A model generated the notes under the pieces. The model searched no databases, was not told the origin of the DNA, and saw only the letters and a list, made by a program, of their open reading frames with translations. From an uncultured Sulfitobacter sp. (GTDB taxonomy: Bacteria; Pseudomonadota; Alphaproteobacteria; Rhodobacterales; Rhodobacteraceae), in assembly GCF_964021855.1 (NCBI RefSeq), contig NZ_CAXHZD010000006.1:18213-82212 (forward strand): a stretch of 64,000 nucleotides of DNA, in the 5' to 3' direction. Made by a program: the position numbers and the translations under genes. Position 1 is the stretch's first letter. Each line of letters begins with the position of its first letter. Positions 15,001 to 24,000 of the stretch are shown one piece after another.

Positions 15001-18000
15001 GACGGTCGAGATTATCGAGAGCGGCAATTCCACCGATCTGGCAGAGCGCGAAGAAGAAGATGCGCGCGTCGTTGACAGCTTTGATGTGGTCTTGACCGGT
15101 GCGCTGACGGGTAACAAGTGGGTTATCGTCGATGTGACCCCGCTCAAGACGCGTACTTACAATGGCGATCTGGCCTTTGACGCATCTGCGAACTTTGGCG
15201 AAGCCAACCGCGTTCAGGTCCGCGTTGCAGCACCGATTGCTGAATTGTCATTCACCGGGTCGGCTGTTGCGGGTGAAGTATGGTCTGTCGCGCTATATGA
15301 TGACAGCACGTATCAGGCGACCATTTTGATCGTAAATTACACTGTTCAAGCGAGTGATCAGCTGTCTGACATTCGCGGTGGGCTGATCACGCAGATCAAC
15401 GCGCAAGCGGGCTATCAAGCCGTATTGGCGGGCGATGCAATCAAGATCACGCGGGCGGGCGTAACCCCAACGCCACGCTTCTTTGTCGAGGCGACGATCA
15501 CGCCAGATACCCGCGGCACGATCCTGACGCGCACGGTGCCTGACTTTAACTTCGACAATGTGCTTGAGATTGAATTTGCGGGCATCCCTGCCGTCGGCGA
15601 GACATGGGACGTCACCTTTGTTGGTAAGCTCTACAGCCAGACTGTTGCCGCCGGTGACAGCCTTGCAACGCTCGCGGCCAAACTGGCGGCTTCTATTCAG
15701 GCTGATGACGATGCGCGTATCGCGGCCGGTGGCGCGCGGCTTTATGACGTTAGCGTCGATGGCACCGTGGTTTCGGTTCAGGTGTTGGCTGACAAGCGTG
15801 CCACGCTGGCAGCATCAGGCGAGATCACGCCAGTCGGTACGGCCCTTGCGGATAGCGACGGGGCGATGGTGCTGCGCCAGTATGTCAAATTTGACGCAGG
15901 CAATTGGAATGTGGCCCAGACAATCACCGTGATGGCGATTGACGATGAAATCATTGACGGTGGCGATGCCAAGGTCTTTGCCGCCTTTGACGAGCGTGTG
16001 AATTCTATTCGTGGGCCGATCAGCGTTATCGGTGGTGTGTCGCCAACAGCGGTTGAATTGAACAACCCAATCCTGCTGCCGGGTGAAAGCAACGAAAAAC
16101 TGCCAAGTGGCACGGCTGACAGCATCGAGACCACTGATGGTGTGACCACAGTCACCGATCATGCGCTGACCCATGTGAACAAGCTTTATGGTGAGCGCCC
16201 AGGCTTTGATCCGCGCATCAATGGCACCGCAACGATCTATGATATCGCGACGATGGGCATTACAGGCACCAGCGACCGCGTTGATATCCTAAGCTCGGCG
16301 CAGGATATCCTGTCGTTTGCAAGTGGCACCAAGATTGGTGAAGGCACCCCATTCAGCGTAAATCTGACGGTCGACGGCAATGACGCGACAGTGACAGGTG
16401 CCGCCGAAGTATTTGGGACACCGGACCAAAGCGCCGCAGTTCTGGGGATGCTGGATTGGTTGGAAGCAACCGTTGACCTGACAGCTGGTGCAACGACTGG
16501 TCTTTACCAGATCACACTATCGCCGACCGCTGGCTCTACCGTGGGCCAAGAGGTGTTCAGCTATACCACGACTGCAGGCAACAACTTTGCCGGAACGATC
16601 GCGCTGGAATTGGCGAAGGCGATTAACCAGTCCAGCACACAGTTCCGCGCACGTGCCGTTGTTAATCTGGTGGGTGAAACACGTTTGCGCATCGTCGAAG
16701 TCGGTGACGCAACGGGCGGCTTTGATATCGGTGTCGTGACCCCGGCTGACGCCAAAGTCATCATCGGCGGCACCCCGGTTGCCGGGCAATATGCCCAAGC
16801 GGGCGTCAAGTGGACAATGGCCGCGATCCGCGTGCTCGATACAACAGCCGGTGCGACATGGACGCTAAGCGTCGATGGCACCGTGCGCAGCGCGCTTTCC
16901 ACGGGTGACGCGGCATCGATCACGCAAACACTGGCGAACAAGCTGCCGGGAAGCCTGCGCCCCGTCGTGTCCGGTAGCTTTGCCACAATTGCAGCGGCAC
17001 TGCCTGCCAACTTTGCGACCGGCAGTGATCGCCTGTATTCCTATGCACCCGTTAACGCCAACCTGCGCGTTGATGAGGCCGAGCAGGTCGATACCTTGAC
17101 CATCTTTAACGGCCAAAGCCCTGCGGCTGATGTCGGTGTATTGACCTCGACCCGTCTCAGCGGTCTGGGTATGGGCGATGATGTTGTGATCGCGGGTAAA
17201 CGCATCCTTGGCGGCATCACCTATAGCGGTATCGAAGCGCTTGATATCCGCCTGGGTCGTAATGGTGACGTGCTGACCATCGAATCCACGCATGAGGGCA
17301 AAACCCGCATCGATACCGGAAACGGCGATGATGTCGTCAACGTAAAGTCGACGTCGGGCCATACCTTCATCACCACGGGTCAAGGCAATGACATCGTGAA
17401 TGTCGGGTCTGATCGTGGTGTCCTTGACCAGATCACCGGTATGCTGGTGCTTGATATGGGCGACGATGCAGGCGACAGGTTGAACCTGGACGACAGCTTG
17501 GACGTCAAAGCAAATGTCATGACATTGACTGGCAGCCGCCTGACCGGGTTGGACATGCCATCGGTTGCAGAGATCCAGCAGATCAATGTGCGCGCGATTG
17601 GCGGCACCTTTACTCTGAGCTTTGCCGGATCGGTTGGTATCGCGACACTGGGGGCCTTTGATTACGATGCGATGTCTGTATCCGCCATTGCCGCCGCAGC
17701 ACAAAGCGCGCGCGAACAGATCGCCGCGATCACGGGCTATGACGTTACAGTAGAAATCATCCAGACCAAGAACGGCATCGCCTATCTGGTTGAGTTTGGC
17801 GGGCTGGCCGGTGGTCTGGACGTCGCCATGCTGAGCGTCGAAAGCACCGCTAATTTGGTGGCGGCACCTGACACCACAACCGATGTAAATGTTGTTGAAG
17901 TACGCGTCGGGACAACAACGCCGCGCCGCGACAACGTCGAAGTGTTGCGCCTGTCAGCCGACAGCGGCACCTTTACGCTGAGCTTCTTGGTTCCTGATGT

Positions 18001-21000
18001 GAACGGCATCGTGCGTCTGCAAACAACCGAGGCGATTGCCTGGGATGCAACCGAGGCACAGATTTTGGCCGCGCTCGATCCGATCCTGAATCCGAACAAC
18101 GGTTATGACTTCCTGCCTTACACGCATAATGTTGACGTGGACCGTTTGGGCGGTGCCATCTATCTGACGTTCCAAGGTGCCCTTGCCGATGCGCGGATCG
18201 CAAGCATCGACACGCGCGGCTTGGGTGGCACCTATACCCAAACAGATATCAGCATTGCGACACCCGTTGTCGGCGGTATCTGGACGGTAACGGTTTCCGA
18301 TCTGGTCACACCAACGCAGATTGCCGGTTTGCCCGCAGCGCAGTCGGTATTCAGCTATACCGCTGTCGCAGGGGATACCGCGCAGACAATCGCCCGCGCG
18401 CTGGCCGACTTGATCGCGGCGGCCCAAGGCCCACATCTGGTGACTGATGCGGTTGATGGTGTTCTGACGATTATCAGCGGGTCGGCAAACCCAATCACCG
18501 TTAACGTCACAGGCGCGCTTGGTGCTGCGGGCCAGCAAACGAACCGCATCGCGACCACGTTGCAAAAAGACGGGATCGGCTATCATAACGTTGAGTTCCT
18601 TGACCTCACGCTTGGCAGTAATGACGACGTTCTGAATATTCAGGGCACAACAGCACACACAACCTTGCATCTTGGTGAGGGTGATGAGCGCATTTATGTC
18701 TCGTCAGAGGCTGCAGAAACCCTGACCAGCGACACACGGTTCCTGACCGGTCACCTGAACGGTATCACCGGATTGCTGAACATCGACGCAGGTACAGGCC
18801 GCCATCAGCTGATGATCTCGGACGAGGCAGCGATCTTGGGCGATGGCACGTCGGATCAGCCTGCGGTGATCACGGATAACCGCGCCAAAGCGCAAGCCGC
18901 TGCCAGCGCACGCGGTATCGACGATACCTTTAGCACCGTGACTGATATCTACGTGGTTGGCATTGCTCCGGCTGCCATCGGCTATACCGCTGATGCGCAG
19001 GGCAACTTCCTGAGCGGTGTGACCTATTGGACCGGCTTTGGCGACGACACGATCTTTATCGACGCGTCTCATATCCGCGATATTCCAGGCGCGCAGACTG
19101 TGACTTCGCTAAACACCGGGTTGGGCAATGACACGGTCATCATCACACTGGATGCTGGCGATGGGTTCTTTGCGCTGAACACCCAAGGGCCGTACAACCA
19201 ATACGCTGATGTCCGCGATGCAGATACGGTCACATCCCCCGGTACAACACGTCCGTTGGTGATCTTTGGCGGTCAGGATAACGACAAAATCGATACGGGT
19301 TCCGTTGACGACATCGTCTTTGGTGATCGCGGTGTGCTTGAGTATCTTGACGAAACCGGTGCCGTCAGCCTGCGTCTCGGGACCGGCGGCCTGACAGATG
19401 TCACCGATGGCGTTGCACGTGCGCCGACATCGTTCAAATCCACGTTCCTGAATGTGGGTGGCGTGGATACCATCAACACCTTTACCGGCACAGACATCAT
19501 CATCGGTGGCCAGGCTGGCGACGTCATTGATGCCGGTCAGGGCGACAATATTGTCATCGGCGACAATGGCGAAGTTCTGCTGGCAACCGAGGCACCGAAC
19601 TTTGGTACATTCCGCTATGCGCTGATTAGTGCCTTTACCGTTGATGCGACCACAGGCGGCGATGACATCATCCGCACCGGCTATGGCGCTGACTTGATCC
19701 TTGGTGGTTTCGGCAATGACACCATCACCGCCAATGTAGGCGAGACAGCAACGCAATCCGATGCGGTCAACCTGATCTTGGGTGACTTTGGCGCTGCCTT
19801 CTGGAACGACGACGGCGACCTTTCGACACTTGATCGTGTGGTTTCGACCGACACCTTTGTTGGCGGCAATGATACGATCCGCACAGGCCGGTCCAGCGAC
19901 ATCATCATCGGTGGTGATGCAAATGACGACATCGATGCCAGCCAAGGGGTCAACCTGGTTATTGGCGACAGCGGTGAAATTCTATCGGGTGCTGCGGCCA
20001 CGAATATTCATGCCTTCGGTCTGGCCCTGCAAACCATCCGCACCATCGAAGACACACGCGGCGGTGTCGACATCATCCGCACCGGCGACGACACAGACAT
20101 CATTCTGGGCGGTCAGGCTGGCGATGACATTGACGCCGCACAGGGCAACAACATCGTTCTGGGCGACAACGGATATGTGATCTTTGAGACCGACGCCCCG
20201 AACTTTGGCAACTTGGCCATCGCATTGGTCGAGATTTCGACCACATCGCCCACCACGGGTGGCAATGATGTTATTCGCACTGGGTTTGGTGCTGACCTGA
20301 TTATGGGTGGTGGCGCAGATGACACCATCACAGCCAACGTAGGCGAGACCGCAACCCAAAGCGATGCGATCAACCTGATCTTCGGCGACTTTGGTGCGGC
20401 CTTCTGGAACATCGACGGTAATCTGGCGACGCTTGATCTGGTGACCTCTATCGACACAGCATTTGGCGGTCGTGACATCATCAACACCGGCCGCGGCGAT
20501 GACATTGTCTTGGGTGGTTATGAGCGCGATGAAATCTATGCCTCAGAAGGGGCCAACATTGTATTGGGTGACAGCGGTCTGCTGGAATCTGGCGCAAGTG
20601 AAACCAACGTTCCGGGCTTTGGTCTGGCGCTGCGCACGTTGAAATCAATCGCTGACGCGCTTGGTGATGACGACAAGATCGCGACCGGTGCCAGCACTGA
20701 CCTGATCTTTGGTGGCAACGGGAATGACATGATCGATGCGGGTCAGGGCGATAACATCGTTCTGGGTGACAACGGCACGGCACTGTTTGACAGCACGGTG
20801 ACCAACTTTGGTAACCTGCCCATCGCAATCCTAAGCGTGACCACGCAAAGCCCCACCATTGGCGGCAACGACATGATCACCACGGGTCTTGGCAATGACA
20901 TCGTATTTGGTGGTGCCAAAAACGATAACATTGTGACGGATTTTGCTGGTGGCTTCGCTGGTACGGATGGTCAGGATATTGTGCTGGGTGACCACGGGTT

Positions 21001-24000
21001 CATCAACTTTGTGAACCCGGTCACAGGTGCCTATACCTTCCTGCGGGATGTTGTCTCGATTGATCCTGAATTCGGCGGCAATGATGTGATCAGCACGGGC
21101 CTGTCCACTGATATTATCTTTGGCGGTAACGGCGATGATGTGATCAACGCCGGAACGGTCGACAATGAAACCGACATTGTCTTTGGCGACAACGCCAAGA
21201 TCACCGTGAACGAAACCGGTGTCTTTACCGGGTCCACCGCTGCTGATCCAAGCGGTCAGGAATACGGCGTGATCAGCTTTAACTTTGGCAACGGCCGCTA
21301 TCGCCATGACACGACAGTTGATGGTGTCGCAGGCGCGGATGGATCGGCATCTGACAAGCCCGCACCGAAGGCAGAAGGCTGGAACGAACTGGACGGCGGT
21401 CGGGGTACCTACGGCGACGACGCCGCAGAATTCGTGCGCGACGAAAGCGGTGTGATCATGTCTGGTGTCACAATCGACTGGAGCGTGCGCGACTACAAAG
21501 GCCGCATCCGTAGCGCATATGACGATACCCATAGCGATATCCGTTACCCAGACACAGCAGACGAGCGCCTGTTCGAAGGATACCTCTATGCCGGTCACAA
21601 TGACACGCTGGTCGTAACGTTGAGCGGTCTTGATCGTCACTACGAGACATTTGATCTGTATCTCTATCTTGATGGTGATGACGGTAAGACGAAGCGTCGC
21701 TATGGTACTGTGCGTCAGGTCACCATCGGATCTGAGAGCTATTTCGTGAGCGACCCTGATAACGTGAACTTTGACGGCAGCCTGATCCGTGTGACATCGC
21801 AAGATCCGAATGCGCCGGGTCTGGGGAACTATGTCGTCGCGACGGGCCTATCTGGCGGAGAGATTACCATCGAGATCTCGATCCCATCAAACCAGCGCTA
21901 TGGTTATCCGGTGCTTTCGGGTCTGCAGATTGTTGGCCAGTCCTATAAAATTGACACATTCGAGACTGTCGCAGACAGCATCGGTGGCAATGATGTGATC
22001 CTGACCGGTGGTGGCGAGGATATTATCCTTGGCGGTGCCGGTGGCGACATGATCAACAGCGCTGGCGATGCGGATATGGGGCGCTTTGATGCTGACACGG
22101 TTATCGGTGACGGCGGCATCCTGACCTTCCTGCGTACCGGCGGCGTTGGCCCGGCTGAATTCGGCGAACTGCGCGAAATCGTAAGCCGCAATGGCGACGC
22201 GGGTCCGAACTACAACGACGTAATCGTGACAGGAAATGGCACAGACCGCGTGATTGGCGGGCAGGGCGATGACAACATCAATACCGGTGACATCTTCGTC
22301 CACAACGGCGTCGATGACGCAACTTCGGGCACAGATGTAATCGCTTGGGGCATGAACTTTGGCGCACAAGTCAATGAGGGTTGGGTCGACGGCGAAGCTG
22401 GTTATGTGGCGGGCGGCAGTTGGGTGAACTTTGTCGATCAGGGCAACTTTACGAAAACCTATTCCGAAACCCACGGTTGGGGCCGCCACTACCACACACA
22501 CACCTATCACAAACCTGTCGCCTCGATGCTGACGGCTGATGGTATCCGTGTCACTGTTGGCCAAGACCTAGAGTCCAAGCATGGCCGCGATGCCTATGTC
22601 CAAGACCATGATCAGATTAATGCCGACACTCAGAACGGCAGCCTGTTCAACGGCTACATCTACGCCAAACACAAGTCGGAACTGGGTGTTGATGTCTCGG
22701 GTCTTAGCAATATCTACGGCACTGGCAGCTATGACGTGTACCTTTATATCGATGCCGAGGATCGCGACGCAGCGCGCAATGGCGGTTATCGTCTGGTGTC
22801 CACCAATGGCGATATCATCAGCCTGAACGACCCGCGTGGTGCGAACTTTACCGGCGAATTTATTGAATATGATCCGTCGAACCCAAGCCTGCCTGCGAAT
22901 GTCGTGGTCTTCCGCGGCATAACTGGCGATGCATTCGAACTGCGGATCAACTCTGGCGGCTATTACAAATACGGCAAGTGGTGCTGGTACGATCACGACA
23001 CGCCAAGCATCGCAGGCTTCCAGATTGTTGGCGGTGCTGACAAAGATAACGTGGTTCAGCAAGGTGACTGGGATACCGATCTGGTTCTAGGCGATCAGGG
23101 CTTTATGCGGGTGTTTGACGACGCTGTGTTTGAATTTGCGTCGATGACCGGTGCCCCTGGAACGTCGAACGATACCATTCTGGGTGGGATTGACGGTGAT
23201 GTACTGATCGGTGGCGACGGAAACGATACGATCCGCGGCGAAGACGGCGATGACCGCATCGTCGGCGACAATGCGCATGTTATCATCATTGGTGGTAACA
23301 TCGTTGGTCTTGACCGCTTCTATGACAACAACAGAAAAGAATATCATCACAGCGAGCTCGACAAGCTTGACCCCTATACAGTCGTTGGGTTGCAGCTGAT
23401 TGACGTCACAGTGGGCGGCAACGACGTGATCGAAGGCGGCGGCGATAATGACTGGGCATGGGGCGGAACTGGCGACGATACATATGTATTCGCTGGCTAT
23501 GACCTGGGCACAGACCGCTTGGTCGAATCCGATGTTGTCGCAGGCGGCCACGGATCAAAGCATTATGGCCACGGTACAACGCCCGAAGGGCTGTTGAACG
23601 ACACAGGCGACGCGCTTGACTTCAGCGGCTTTGAGGGTCCGATTAATCTGGACTTGGGCAGCGACAGACGCCAGGTAATGCCGGGTGCCCACGCACATGG
23701 TAAGTACGGTCATGCACACGCCACGCTGTCGATCAAACTGTCCTCGGCTGGTGGTTTCGAAGATGTTTCCGGTTCCAACTACTCTGACGTCATCAAAGGC
23801 AATGACCGCAATAATGCCATTGCCGGAAATGGCGGCAACGACCATATCAAGGGCGTTTCCGGGTCGAACTTCTTGGACGGTGGCGATGGCCATGACCATA
23901 TAGACGGCGGATCGGGCCGGTTCGAAGACAGACGCGAGCATCGCTATGGCGACCTTGCCAGCCAAGTTATCATGGGCGGCGCGGGAGATGATTTGATCCA

